From Cetorhinus maximus (Eukaryota): a DNA stretch of 64,000 nt. The stretch lies in the NCBI RefSeq assembly GCF_964194155.1, contig NC_135886.1, forward strand, positions 44,578,001 through 44,642,000, given 5' to 3'. Below, one piece after another: positions 38,855-52,645 of the stretch; within the stretch, counting starts at the first letter, position 1; each line of letters opens with the position of its first letter. Under the pieces are notes generated by a model. The model searched no databases. It saw nothing but the letters and a program-made list of their open reading frames with translations, and was not told the DNA's origin. The translations under genes and the position numbers were made by a program.

Positions 38855-41800
38855 TGAGGAGTGCCGCAGCCATTCCTTCCTGATGTTCCTGAGCTTGCCT
38901 TTGCAGCTTCAGCAACTGTGACATGACTGAGTCCAGAGGCTCATCATCTGACTTGGACTCAGCAACATTCTGGCCTCCAGCAGTCCTCCGAGTGCCGGGG
39001 ACCTGGGAAGTCCCTGCCTCCGCCAGCTGTGGATCAGAAAATGCGATGTGCTCACCAGATTGTGGTCCCGAGGCTACTCTAAAGCTAGGTCCCACCGAGG
39101 TGTGTGTCTTTGCGCTGGTGGAGGGTGTGGGTGAGCGCTGTGTCTGGACTTCAGGGAGGGTGCCTTCAGATTCCTCTTCAAAGGTTTCTTCGGAGCTTGA
39201 TTGGAGGCTCTGGGTCATGTAATCCGTCTACTGCTTCCTGTGAAAGCAAGGGGAGGTAATTAATGCATGGCAGTGGCCTGTGAAAGAGGACACATCACTC
39301 ACGGCATGGTTGTCTGATGGATGTTTCACTGATGGATCTTCACTTGGTAGAGCAGCGCCGACCTCACTGTCAGCGCAGGACCGGTCCCGGTCATCGCCGG
39401 CCAGCTGGATGGCTCTGTTTTCAAAGTCTGTGAGAACTTTGAATTCTGGCATCCCTCCACCTGTCTGTGACCTTTCCCTCCTGTTGTGAGCCAGTTTGTC
39501 CTATATGGATAGAGATGTGGAGAGTATATCAGGATGCCTGCCGGGCCAGATGATAAGTATGCCTGGCCTGTGTGGGTGGTGAGTGGTCCCATGGACGGGA
39601 TGAGGACCATGACGGTGTGTGTGAAAGAGTGAATGGTGATGTCCCTTGCACTGGCAGTGAGTGAGGGCCCTGTGGATCTGTGATGGGTTTGTGAGTGTGT
39701 GAGTTGGGAGTGATGAAAAGAGTGACTTACCCTGGCGGAACAGAGGAGATCATTCGTCCTTTTGCGGCACTGGGCGACTGTCCTCTTCTGAAGGGTGTTG
39801 GCGCTGACCACTGCTGCCACCACCTCCCAAGCCGGGTTGGTGACTTTGCTGCCCATCCTGCGGCCAGAGCGGGGGTAGAGCACATGGGGTGGGGTTGCTT
39901 TGTTATTAAGAAATTAAATTAAATCGATAGCAAGAAACGACGTAGGGTCAGATGATGTAGAATCTGTGTGGGTAGAGTTGAGGAACCGCAAAGGTAAAAA
40001 AACCATAATGGGAGTTATGTACAGGCCTCTGAACAGTAATCAGGATGTGGGGCACAAGATACACCAGGAGATAGAAAAGGCGTGTAAGAAAGGCAAGGTC
40101 ACAGTGATCATGGGGGATTTCAATATGCAGGTAGACTGGGAAAATCAGGTTGGTAGTGGATCCCAAGAAAAGGAATTTGTGGAATGTCTACGAGATGGCT
40201 TTTTGGAGCAGCTTGTGGTGGAGCCCACCAGGGAACAGGCAATTCTAGATTTAGTGATGTGTAATGAGGCAGATTTGATAAGGGAGCTTAAGGTGAAGGA
40301 ACTCTTAGGAGGAAGTGACCATAATATGATAGAATTTACCCTGCAATTTGAGAGGAAAAAGCTGGAATCAGATGTAACGGTATTACAGTTGAATAAAGGC
40401 AACTACAGAGGCATGAGGGAGGAGCTGGCCAGAATTGATTGGGAGATGAGCCTAGCAGGAAAGACAGTGGAACAGCAATGGCAGGAGTTTCTGGGAGTAA
40501 TTTGGGAGACACAGCAAAAATTCATCCCTAGGAAGAAGAAGCATACTAAAAGGAGGACAAGGCAATCATGGCTGACAAGGGAAGTCAGGGACAGCATAAA
40601 AGCTAAAGAGAAAGCATACAATGCGGCGAAGAGCAGTGGGAAACCAAGGGATTGGGAAGCCTACAAAGACCAACAGAGGACAACTAAAAAAGAAATAAGG
40701 AGAGAGAAGATTAAATATGAGGGTAAACTAGCCAGTAATATAAAAGAAGATTGCAAGACTTTTTTTACATATACAAAGAGTAAGAGAGGGGAAAAAGTGG
40801 ACATTGGGCCGCTGGAAAATGACGCTGGAGAAGTAGTAGTGGGGAACAAAGAAATGGCGGAGGAACTGAATAGGTACTTTGCGTCAGTCTTCACGGTGGA
40901 AGACACGAGTAGCATCCCTAAAGTTCAAGAGAATTGGGGGGCAGAGGTGAGTATGGTGACCATTACCAAGGAGAAGGTGTTAGGAAAACTGAAAGGTCTG
41001 AAGGTGGATAAATCACCTGGACCAGATGGATTACACCCCAGAGTTCTGAAGGAGATAGCTGAAGAGATAGTGGAGGCGTTAGTGGTGATCTTTCAGGAAT
41101 CACTGGAGTCAGGGAGGGTCCCAGAGGACTGGAAAATCGCTAATGTAACCCCCCTGTTTAAGAAGGGACTGAGGCAAAAGACGGGAAATTAAAGGCTGAT
41201 TAGCCTGACCTCGGTTGTTGGTAAGATTTTAGAGTCCATTATTAAGGATGAGATTTCAGAATACTTGGAAGTGCATGGTAAAATCGGGCAAAGTCAGCAT
41301 GGTTTCATCAAGGGGAGGTCATGCCTGACAAATCTGTTAGAATTCTTTGAGGAGGTAACGAGTAGGTTAGATAAAGGAGAGCCAATGGATGTTATCTACT
41401 TGGACTTCCAGAAGGCCTTTGACAAGGTGCCGCACAGGAGGCTGCTCAGTAAGATAAGAGCCCATGGTTTTAGAGGCAAGGTACTAGCATGGATAGAAGA
41501 TTGGCTGTCTGGCAGGAGGCAGAGATTGGGGATAAGGGGGTCCTTCTCAGGATGGCGGCCGGTGACTAGTGGAGTTCCGCAGGGGTCAGTGTTGGGACCA
41601 CAACTTTTCACTTTATACATTAATGATCTAGATGAAGGAACAGAGGGCATCCTGGCTAAGTTTGCAGATGATACAAAGATAGGTGGGGGGACAGGTAGTA
41701 TTGAGGAGGCAGGGAGGATGAGAAGGATTTGGACAGGTTAGGAGAATGGGCAAAGAAGTGGCAGATTGAATACAACGTGGGGAAGTGTGAGGTCATGCAC

Positions 41801-42945
41801 TTTGGTAGGAAGAATAGAGGTATAGACTATTTTCTAAATGGGGAGAGAATTCAGAAATCTGGAGTGCAAAGGGACTTGGGAGTCCTAGTCCAGGATTCTT
41901 TTAAGGTTAACTTGCAGGTTGATGCGGTAGTTAGGAAGGCAAATGCAATGTTGGCATTTATTTCGAGAGGACTAGAATATAAAAACAGGGATGTGCTGCT
42001 GAGGCTTTATAAGGCTCTGGTCAGACCACATTTAGAATATTGTGAGCAATTTTGGGCCCCGTATCTCAGGAAGGATGTTCTGGCCCTGGAGAGGGTCCGG
42101 AGGAGGTTCACGAGAACGATCCCAGGAATGAAAGGCTTAACATGTGAGGAACGTTTGAGGACTCTGGGTCCATACTCGATGGAGTTTAGAAGGATGAGGG
42201 GGGATCTGATTGAAACTTACAGAATACTGAAAGGCCTGGATAGAGTGGACGTGGGGAAGATGTTTCCATTAGTAGGAGAGACTAGGACCCGAAGGCACAG
42301 GCTCAGAGTAAAGGGAAGACCTTTTAGAACAGAGATGAGGAGAAACTTCTTTAGCCAGAGAGTGGTGAATCTATGGAATTCGTTGCCACAGAAGGCTGTG
42401 GAGGCCAGATCATTGAGTGTATTTAAGACCGAGATAGATAGGTTCTTGATTGGTAAGGGGATTAAAGGTTACGGGGAGAAGGCGGGAGAATGGGGTTGAG
42501 AAACTTATCAGCCATGATTGAATGGTGGAGCAGACCTGATGGGCCGAATGGCCTAATTTCTGCTTCTATGTCTTATGGCTCTTATCCTGGCGGGCCTCCA
42601 CGGCATCCAGCAGTCGCTCGAGGGACCCGTCGTTGAAACGGGGGGGCTGCAGTCTTTTTTCCTTTGCTGGTCATGTCTCCCAGGCAGTGGTGGTGAGCTG
42701 GTGGCGGTGAGCGCTTTGCTGGCAGCTGCCTTTTAAAATGGCGACCGGCGTGATGTAACTGTGGGGTGATGGCGAGTGGGCAAATGAGAGACCCCCCCCC
42801 ATGGAAACGGGGTGTTTCCCGGGTGTGAATATATAATAAGTGGGCTCAGGAAATTATGGCGTGAAAACACGCCATTTTCATCGGCGGGCAGGACTCCATT
42901 TTACCCGCCTCCTACTGCACTTAGTGCAATTCTGGGAAAATTTAC
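38855..42945 (-). mobile_element. Harbinger remnant carrying a Myb/SANT gene, split by CR1
   Basis: Exon 1 is 42674-42586 plus 39885-39731 (FNDGSLERLLDAVEARQD|VLYPRSG...AWEVVA...QCRKRTNDLLCSAR|gtaagt). Exon 2 from 39500 (DKLAHNRRERSQTGGG); exon 3 from 39237. Confidence 0.85.
39886..42585 (+). mobile_element. Young CR1 LINE, 5'-truncated within the endonuclease
   Basis: ORFs 39966..41192 and 41265..41741 (same frame, one stop) and 41729..42499 (frameshift). Motifs [33 protein letters not shown]; (CTTATG)-type tail. Confidence 0.97.
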
Positions 42946-43149
42946 ACTTGTGTTACAAGCTGGGGAAGGGTGGGTAAAATTCCACATTTAATATTTCTGA
43001 CAGATCCATAATCACGTTTTGAATGGGAGGAATCCTTGACTCCCTTGGTATACTTCGTGATAAATGGGAGTCAATTGGGGCCCTTAAATAGGAGCTAACT
43101 ACAGAGTACTGACAGATTACTGTGGCGAATGGGTCCATTGCAATCCTTA

Positions 43150-43364
43150 AAATAAAAAATACCTGGAAAAACTCAGCAGGTCTGGCAGCATCGGCGGAGA
43201 AGAGCACAGTTGACGTTTCGAGTCCTCATTATGTCAACTGTACTCTTCTCCGCCGATGCTGCCAGACCTGCTGAGTTTTTCCAGGTAGTTTTTATTTTTT
43301 GTTTTGGATTTCCAGCGTCCGCAGTTTTTTGTTTTTGTTTTTATTATTATTTTTGTTTTTATAA
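43150..43364. mobile_element. Penelope-derived fold-back mini-element
   Basis: 54-bp inverted arms 43161-43214 and 43233-43286 (one mismatch); 15-bp TSD CCATTGCAATCCTTA at 43135-43149 and 43365-43379; arms match the end of the element at 53770. Confidence 0.88.
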
Positions 43365-43741
43365 CCATTGCAATCCTTACCTGGGCTTTTTTCACTGCAC
43401 TGAATGTGGATTAGGAGATAACTTCAACAAAAACAGAAACTGCTGAAGATATTCATCAGGTTAAACGGCATCTATTCAAGAACCCTGAGACAGTAGATGT
43501 TTCAGGTATAATATTTTTTTCTTGGGCTGCAGAGTCAGTGATAACATTGTTAACCTGCTTTGCATACACAACATTTGAATGCTAACACTTGCTGAGCATT
43601 ATTTGCATCTGAAACAGCTTGACATTTGTGCTTTATTTAGCAGTCATGGGGCTGCTGAGAGACCCAGAACACCACTAGTGCCTTTAAAGTATATATAAAA
43701 TAATAACTCCATAATCAATGTTTACAGGGTAGACAGAATCT

Positions 43742-45200
43742 GGGGTCAAATTTTGATAGGCTCTGCAAGCTGGCGTGGGATCGTGATGCATCATTAACCT
43801 GCACCCATCCCTGCTGCACACAAGCTTCACACTACCTGAAAATTTAAATGGTATTAGCATGCAGCCCAGTGCTAAACGTTTTTGGGACACCCACTGCTGA
43901 ACCATGGCCAATGGGGTGAGAGCATGACTGTATCCTTACAATTCAGCCTCCTTCTCAAATCCCACTTTTTCCTCAATCCACACTCTACTGATTTACAAAC
44001 TGCAGATGATATAAGTGTGCACCTCTTACTTTCCTCTCCCTAGTGCAGCCTTACTCTTGTGGTTTTCTCCATTCAGATACCCAATACCCGGTCAGCCAAG
44101 AAGGAACACTGAGAAGGCAGTGATGATGAAGACATAGCTCAGTCACTTGTTTTTAATTTGCTGCCCCAGCTCAAATACTAACACTGTGCATATCTTAGAG
44201 GATGGATTAGAGGGAGGGGGGTGCACGTGGTGAGACATCGGGCATGGGTGGTGTGCAGCGGTAGCATAGGGCATGGATAGTGCAGGTGCCAACTCGCCCA
44301 AGGGTTATGCCAGACATGGATTCTGCTGCATAGGATTCAGATGAGATTATCAATGCGAAAGCCTGTGGACTAAGGTTGATGAGTAGCAGTTGGCTTGGAG
44401 CATTGCAATCATTGTCAAGGAGCATGGCAGAGTCTGGCACTAACTTGCCACAGGGCTTAATGCCCAGTTTGGAGTCCATCCTTTCCAGTGTGAAAGTGGT
44501 GGCCAACTCGATCGCACATTGGTAGACCCAATCATGATGCAGAAGGTGGGGGTCAATGTCACAGGTTCCAATGCAGCACAAACAGCCTGCCGCTCAGTGT
44601 TTGATTGCTGCACTGGAAGCTTAGATTCCTGTAAGCAAACTTAACTTGCTGCCCATGCAAAGTCACGCAGCTGCCATTATGGCTGTGGATTCCAGTGTGT
44701 AAAGGGATTGGAAAGGCGTCACAGCAGTCCAGCAATCCAACACATTACTAGGATTGCTGAGGCACCATTCTGGGGGACTGGCACTGATGCCATGGAGCTT
44801 GAACCTACCGTCCTCTCTTAGGATAACAGCGTTCACCCTCCCACCCCTGCCACTCAGCCCCCAGTGCCCTTGCTCCTGTCAGCCCGCCAGTCTGTTGCAC
44901 AGGCTAAGGTGATGCAGTCTGAAGCTGGCCCTCTAGGTCTAGAGCTGTACAAGGTCAGCCTGCACGGCCATCTGCAATCTCTGTCACTGAAAGTCAGCAA
45001 CCCTCCACCAACCATGCTGCAGCCACTGGGGTAGCACCGTGTAGGAGAACTGGAACAGGCAAAGGTACACAGAAGGCAGGCACAAAGCAAATGCACAAGG
45101 GTGATTAATTGACATTTGTATGCAATACGGCATGATTTGATTAATATGATTTGGAATGTTTATTTTGTGATGCCTTTTATTTCTGCACTGTGATGGTTGG
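43742..45200 (+). mobile_element. Harbinger remnant (Myb/SANT gene 3' exon)
   Basis: Starts GGGGTCAAATTTT (TIR-like); 44075-45110 resembles the reverse complement of 12460-13545. Confidence 0.6.
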
Positions 45201-46967
45201 GAACAGAAGGGAGCTCCATGTCTCCCTGCTGCTACAGCACATTATCAGCACATGGTGGTGTGGCCATCGACTGGGCACTCAAATATGCTCAATTAAGGGC
45301 CATCTCCTGCCCCTCCAAGCATTTTACCAGTGTTAGGAGGGGCTGCTGCCACATGGGGAGATCACCAGAGTCTGGTGATCTTAGGGGTGGGGCACCTCCT
45401 CTATATCTGCTCCATGGTGCGCCTCCCATCCCCTGCCCAACGGCAATAGCCATTCCCGCAGCCATGAGGCCGCCCCCTCGATCGCTGGGCCTGCTGTCTG
45501 GCCCCTGCACAGTGAGAAAAGAAACTTACCTTGTCTTCAGAGGTGGCTCCATGGAGGTGTCCTCATCTTCACCCTGTGCCCACAGCAGTGGCCAACTCTA
45601 TTAGTGCCGTTGCTGAGGCTGCTGGGCTGCCAGCCCTCTGATTGGACCAGCAGCTCAGGGAGGCAAGCCTCTGTCCTCAATTGGATGGTGTACTGGAGGT
45701 GGCCTTCAAAATTAGGGTATGGGTCCCACTTGCAGTGGGGGAGCTACTGACCTCATGCCAAAACCCAGCCCACTGTTACCCTCTCACTGGAATATTACTT
45801 TTGCTCTTTACTTCTAAAGTCACAGCAAAGCAACTCCTTTCACGTGACGTTACTGGTGAAACTGGCACTCACCTCAGCCAATGCCTAACACTCCTCAAAC
45901 ACGTTCTAATAATGACAGTGGGAATGGTATTTAAGACCATAGAAAGAGAATTGGGTGGAGTGGAAAGAGGGCTAACAATTCAATATCTAATGCCACTATT
46001 TGACGCTACTACCCAAAGACAATCTCTTCAATAGCAATGCAGTTGCACAAAACCATTCCCTAATCATGCATCCTATATACTTTCTACGAATGCAATTTTA
46101 GGCTATAAAATTCAGTTGATTATTAGTCATTGCACAAGCTGAAGTGTCACACAACACTATATTGCGTACAAGCTAAATGGAGTGCTTACGAAATGCAAAG
46201 CAAAGTTTGGCCATTGTACCCAAGCCATAATCTAATATGAGATGTTGTTTATTCTTCTGTGAGTTCCAACAATGTATTTAATTCCATATGAGTAGTTGCA
46301 TTAAGATATAGAGAATGGTCTCTTTCAGGAACAGTTGCAAGTTACGATTTCACAGGCTCACGTGCCCAGGTATCATGGAAGGACTGGCTGATCCTTGTAA
46401 TTTAAAGGGCTGTCTCTTCCTGCAGGCATCTTGGGGTAAATTTTAGCTGGCAGCAGGTTTCAGATGGGCAGAGAGTTAGGCGAGTGCTAAAAACATTTGC
46501 AGGCCTAGATTTGAGGCCTGCAGATGGGAAATATAACTCCCAGTGAACCATATTGTTGATCTCACTAAGAGGGAGTTTTGGGATGGTTTTGGAGAGGGAA
46601 GTGGGATGGCGGGGAGTTTGGGGTGGTCAGGACAGGCTGTGACTTCCCTTGTGGGGCTTGGAGGAACACTTCTACACCCTCCTACAGATTTTTACTTACC
46701 CTGGAGGGCATCTCAATCTTCCTAATAGATTCTGACATCCCTTCACCTGGTGGGAAAACTGCAACATATTCACTGCTCCGGCCCAGCGTGGTAAAATGCA
46801 TTGACGTCTGACTAATGTAACATTTGCATTTTGCATTTTTTCATGAGGCTTCTGTCTGCTTCCAATGGTCACCTCAACCACCTAACTGCAGTAATCAGTT
46901 AAAACTGATCTCTATTATAAGCAGCTTACAGGAAAATGGAACAGGTTAGGGAGTATTAAACAGAGTG

Positions 46968-47046
46968 AGCTAGGCCAGGGAGTACTGAAGAGAGTGAGAT
47001 AGACTAGGGAGTACTGGACAGGGTGAGATAGACTGGGATGTACTGT
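46968..47046. repeat. About 28-bp tandem repeat, about 3 copies
   Basis: gggagtactg...gtgagatagact repeated. Confidence 0.7.
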
Positions 47047-47999
47047 ACTCCATGATGTACGGTATTTTTAGGGGAGGTGAGGCTGATAGGGCAGCTCTAG
47101 AGTGGATAAGATGTACTAGGCATACGAAAATGTGACAGGCTGGAGACTCCATTATCTGCAATTCCATTATTGAACATTCTTGTCTATCTGCCACAATTTT
47201 TGCAGTATAGAATATTGAATAAGACATTATTTTCTATTGGACCCTTTCTATTTGATTTTGGTCTCATTTTCTTGGTGAACAAAACTACGCAACATTTGCA
47301 TTATATACTTGGCCCTCGTTTCACGTCCTGGGCATTGCTGTGTCATTCATTTAAGAACAAAGCATTAGGCTGTGATCATCCAATTCCTAATGCCTATCAG
47401 GGGAGGGAGAGCAGCAGATAATGGAGGGAACGTTAAAACTTGCAGCACAGCCATACTGCAGTTAGGTACAGCACTGGAACTGCGGCATCACTTAACCCTG
47501 ACTCGTCAAAAATAGTCACTGAAAAATCTCATCTCTACTATTGCCAAAGGGTCACCATCAATCCGAAATGTTGGCCCAGATTTTCACCACGACAGAGAGG
47601 AACTGCTTGAATAATGTGAGTCCAGTCCCTGAACATTGTACTTCCTATTTTCATGGGAGGCGAAATGGGGGCGGGGCATGTTTCACGCATCCGCGTTTTA
47701 CGGAGGCAGCTGGTGACTTAAATCTGTCTCCGGCTTAGTTGGGTTTTGGTCGTCTAGGTGTGTTGAGATGTGAAGTGTGCAAGGTAGACCCGGTAAGAGC
47801 AGGTCTGAACTTGGTGTATTTCTTTGGATAGCCAGAGGACCCCTTTGGAGAAGTAGGGGACCCCTGTGGAATTTGCTTTAAAATTTTATTCACAGCACAA
47901 AACAAATTTCAACAATCTTCCCTTAACCCAAAGGAGTAGGAGGGTGGGGCTCCTGGTGCCACAGGGCAATTATTTTTGCCCCTACTGACTGGTGCGCCC

Positions 48000-49330
48000 A
48001 GGTGCCAGGAAGAACTTTGTGCTGGAGAAAGGAGCATAGCACTCCATGTGAAGGAACATCGAAGGTGGTCCTGGCACCCTCACACATAGAGGCTACGGAG
48101 GCCAGTCACCATGAGCAGCTGGAGGCCAGATGGAGGGCACAAGGTCAGGAGAAAGAGGCTGCTGCCCATGCACCAGGAAGGAGGAGGAGGAGGAGGAAAA
48201 CCAGGCACTACCATGTGGGGAGGATGTACAGACCTAAAACATCATATCTCAATACGACGGAGAACTGGTACCGAAGGCGACTGAGGCTAAGCCACAAGAT
48301 GGTGACAGACGTAAGTCACATGGTCCAGCAGTAACTCGAGCCACTATCCATTGACCCCCATACCCTGCCAGTGGCTGTGAAGGTAATTGTCACTCTCAAC
48401 TTCAGTGCCTCAGGATCTTTCCAGAGATCATCAGGAGACATGTCTGGTGCATCCCAGTCAGCAGCACACACCTGCAATAAGGCTTTAACCACAGCCCTGC
48501 TTGCTCGTGTGGGAGATCACATTAATTTCCATTTCCTGTAGATTTGGTGTCTCAGACACAGGGATCCATGGCCTTTGCCCAATTAACAGGTTTCCCTCAG
48601 GGGCAGGGTGTTGTTCATTGCACCCATAGTACCATGAAGACCCCAACTCTCAACATGTGGACACCTTCATCTACTGGAAGTCCTTCTGCTCAATCGATGT
48701 CCGGGTGGTTTTTGACCACCACAAGGTTCTCCTTCATGTATGTACAAGGTTCCCTGGCAGTTGCCACGACTCCTTCATATTAAAGAGTTCCCAACTCTCT
48801 TAGCTATTTCAGCCAATGCAGATCAGTGGTTTGCTTCGAGAGGACAAGGGCTGCCCCTAAAGAATTTGGCTAATGACCCCCTTTAGGGGCCCACAAACAG
48901 AGGCAGAGTGCAACTACAACAGCAGCCATGTCGTCATCAGGATTACCATCGAGCAGGTCATTGGTATTTTAAAGATGCGCTTCAGGAGCCTCGATTGCTC
49001 AGGTGGAGCTCTGCAATATGTCCCAACAAGAGAATGCTGCTCAATATAGTGCAGCAGAGGGGCATACAAGTTGATGACAATGACCCCCATGGGCAGAGCT
49101 CCAACCTCTGATGAGGAGGAAGATGAGGAAGAAGAGGAGGAGGAGGGGGAGCCCCTGTCCATTTGGAAGACTCCGAAATGGATGGGGTTGAGGATGAGGT
49201 GGCCACCAATGGCAGAGGAGCTGGGAGGCATGGCTATGTAGCCATGCACCCTCTGTGCAGAAGGGGATCATCGCCAGGCAGGTCCTTGTGCAAAATAGGT
49301 TCTTATAAGGTCCTCCGATATCACAACTGC
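48000..49330 (+). pseudogene. Harbinger transposase, heavily disrupted
   Basis: RMYRPKTSYLN..RRRLRLS; LPVAVKV; TGFPQGQGVVHCTH; RGDKGCP; IEQVIGILKMRFRSLDCSGGALQY. Confidence 0.85.
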
Positions 49331-49569
49331 CATCAGCCAGTCCCTGGTGACACATTTGCACCTAAAGAGCCTTGTACTCTATTACTCAAGGGACTGCCCA
49401 TCCCCCACAAGGAAGCCAATAAACATCAATGAGTGAGACGCAGTCACATTCATATGGCTGAAACCATCACCATTACAACCATGGGCCTCATCATATTCAA
49501 ACTCACATAGTAATAAGTGTCCTGAAATCCACTGATCTGTGTGTCACTGGTTGCTAAAATTCACAGTCT

Positions 49570-50057
49570 GTGGAGATTGTAACATTTAAGCTAGAGGATG
49601 TTTCAATGCTTGTTACATTGGTTCCTGTCTAGTAACAAGTGTAGGGCCCGCTGAGAGTGTTTGGATTGGAAGCCTTCATGAGAAAGATGATTTTCAGTGA
49701 GGTTGGTTGACTCACAGTGGGATTGACGTCTGGATGATTTCTTGGGAAATCTATGGACTCTGTCTTTGTTGCCTCTGTCATTTACCCTATAGTGTGGTGT
49801 GTCCAACCACAGTTTGTCTGTTAATTCACATGTACCTCATACTTACCCTGAATGTTAGAGAATAAGGTAGATATTGTAAATTGTTTTATCTTTACTGGTA
49901 TAGTAAACTTTTGTTTGTTCAAAACCCATAGAATCTTGTGGCTTTATTCCAAAAGCAGGTGTCTTGAATCTCAACCTTTATCTACTTTAAACAAAATATT
50001 ACTGGTCCCTAACCAGATCTCCCCTCACTTCCTGGATTCTGGCCAAGGATTGTAACA
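49570..50057 (+). mobile_element. Possible LTR fragment
   Basis: Ends ...tctggccaaggattgtaaca, an LTR-like 3' end; composition differs from the flanking Harbinger DNA. Left boundary uncertain. Confidence 0.35.
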
Positions 50058-50899
50058 TAATTCATTCACAACCTGACTGCCTTCACATAAATACCAATGA
50101 CTATAAATGAGGGGCCCTTGTCGCCAAATTGTCCATAATCAAACCATGCACACAATACTGAGAATGACATCACGTCAGGTTTCAAACCCTATATGTGCTG
50201 ATAGGATTGTATATTGTAGCATGCATGCTGATAAGGCATCTTGTGCATGAGGAGCCCATAACTGTACAACGTGAGCTCTTTGAAAGAACTTGCGCATCAT
50301 CCATTCTGGCCAATGGTCCAGTTTCTGATGTGGGCGCCATATACAACATTCCTTGTGCACATCCTGTGACATCGGAAATACAAATGCAGCCAAAGTAGTG
50401 GGCACAGCAGCCGACCTGCATGACACATGGCCTCTCGGGCTGCGATGCCTATACCTAGGCCAGTGTGTTACACTGCAGTGCAGATGAATGCCTTGCACCC
50501 AGCACTCATGCTTGTGATACACCTGCTGCCCAGCATTTGCTCGTGGAGTCTGATCATTGAGCCTTCCTTAAAGTCAAGCTTGGATGGACCATGAAAGATA
50601 CAAGGAGCATCTCAATGCTTGAGCTTTTGAAGATTGGAATCTTATGTGAAACAACAGAGAAGGAAGATGCCCTCCAAAGCTTCGTAAATAGTTGACGCCC
50701 TTGCTCCTGTTGATTTGACGTCGAGATGGACCTCAGCATGCCACCCTCATTATTCCTGGGAAGAACTGTTCTTATAATGCTACTGTTCTTTTTGTGCTCT
50801 CTAACGTACAAACACACACAGGTCAGGTACAAGTGTAAGTAAATATATTCAAGAAGCACTCAAATGTGCTATATACAATGTGAAAAGTGTAACTACGAT

Positions 50900-52645
50900 G
50901 AATTCATTAGTGCTCTAGGCAAGATGACGCCCTTCACTCTCCACACTCCTACGAGGTGCCACAGAGGAGGCAGAGACAGGCTACTCACTTACCTGTTCAA
51001 AGAGCAATGAGGAGTATGGTGACCTGCATTGTCGCATGCAGGCACCTATTGGGGACCTCCTCAGACTGCAGCCTCTGCATCTCTGCAGGGGCAGCTGTAA
51101 TCAGCGGTACATGTGCAGCAGACAAGGGCTCTGGCGAAGGAGCTTGGGAGGTGGAGGAAGATGAGGGTGCTGAGGAGCCCTCAGTTCCTTCACCCTCCTC
51201 AGTGACCCGCACAGCCCTGGGGTGGCTTCCAGGTGGGATTGATGGGGCTGGCTGCTGGTGCACAGGAGTCATCCATTCCAGCAACCACGGTGCCAAGAGT
51301 GTGACCATTCTGTTAAGGGTACGCAGCTCTTCATGTGCTCCATGGACGTCAGCACTTATACTCTGAGTGGGCTGCTCTAAACTATAGAGCAAGCCTGTCA
51401 AATCCATGGCCCATGGGCCGGATGTGGCCTATGAAGCCATTCTATGTGGCCCCCGGCGCCACTGTTCAAATTGCTGGTAAGATGGGTAAGTGAAGTTGAA
51501 GATTTTGAAAGGGGTTGCTCCTCCAATCACAGGCAATCCCTCTTTCACATTTGCTGCTGATAGGCTCACTAGTCAGCAGCAATTGTGGAACAGAAACGAT
51601 GTCTGATTGGAGAAGCAGCAAACACTGGCAGCAGTGACTGTGCAGAGGAAAAAGACAGGATGTCAAGGGAGGTTAATGGGTGGGGTGGGGGAGAGAAAGG
51701 GATGCTACTGAGGCCTGTGGTGAGAGAGAGAGGGAGAGACTTGTTGCTGTGTTGGGAGAGAGGCTACCAGGGCCTGGGTTGGGGGAGGGGGGGGGTCAGT
51801 TGCAGTGTGGTGTGATTGGTAAAGAGATTCAGCCCAGGGGGTGTATGAAAGAGATAGAGTGTGTGTGTGAGAGAGAGAAAGTGAGCGAGAGATAGAGATA
51901 GAGAAAGAGAGAGAGTGTGAGACAGTGTCTGTGTCTGGCTCACTCCCAGTCTTAGGATTCTCACTCACCCTCACCCCCACACATCAACACACACTCACAT
52001 CTACTCACAAAAAGGTTGATGGTGAATTAATGAGCACCCTGAGTCTGGGAGTGAGCCGAAGACACATGCACTCTGACCCTCTCACATTCTAATGGTCATT
52101 TCTATTAATTGCTCTTTTCTTAAATTGTCAATTCATTGCTTTGGTATTGCTTTATTTTTGCTGAGCTTCCTTTAATAGCCTGGGATACAATCCATCCAGC
52201 TCTGGTGATTTATCCACATTCAAATATGCCAGTCCCTCCAGTACTTTCTCTCTCATTATGCTTATACACCTACATGAGCTGCAAACACATACAAGCCTCA
52301 ATGCTGAAGAAGAGTATGTGCCATGTCTCACACCTTGGCTGCAGCATGCAGATATGACCCTTCCCTTGGAGCTCTGTGTGGATGAGCCAAGCTACTCACC
52401 TTGACAGAACGCAACAGGTCATTGAACCTTTTCCTGCTCTGAATCCAAGAGCGCTGATGGTCTCCTGCTGCACTTACCACAACCGCTATTTGAATCTAGG
52501 CCCTCTTGGTTGCTGCAGGGGCTTTACAGCGGCCAGCAGGGTAGAGGACTGCTCTCCTCTTCTGGACCTCTTCCACCAAAATGTGAACATCTTGATCAGA
52601 AAAGCATGGGACAGCCGGACACAACCATTAACCCACATCTCATCT
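50900..52645 (-). pseudogene. Harbinger Myb/SANT gene remnants (exon 1 about 52645-52400; 3' exon about 51385-50900)
   Basis: FSDQDVHILVEEVQKRRAVLYP...QRSWIQSRKRFNDLLRSVK|gtgagt; Pro/Ser-rich 3' exon (ORF 50997..51407). Confidence 0.75.
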
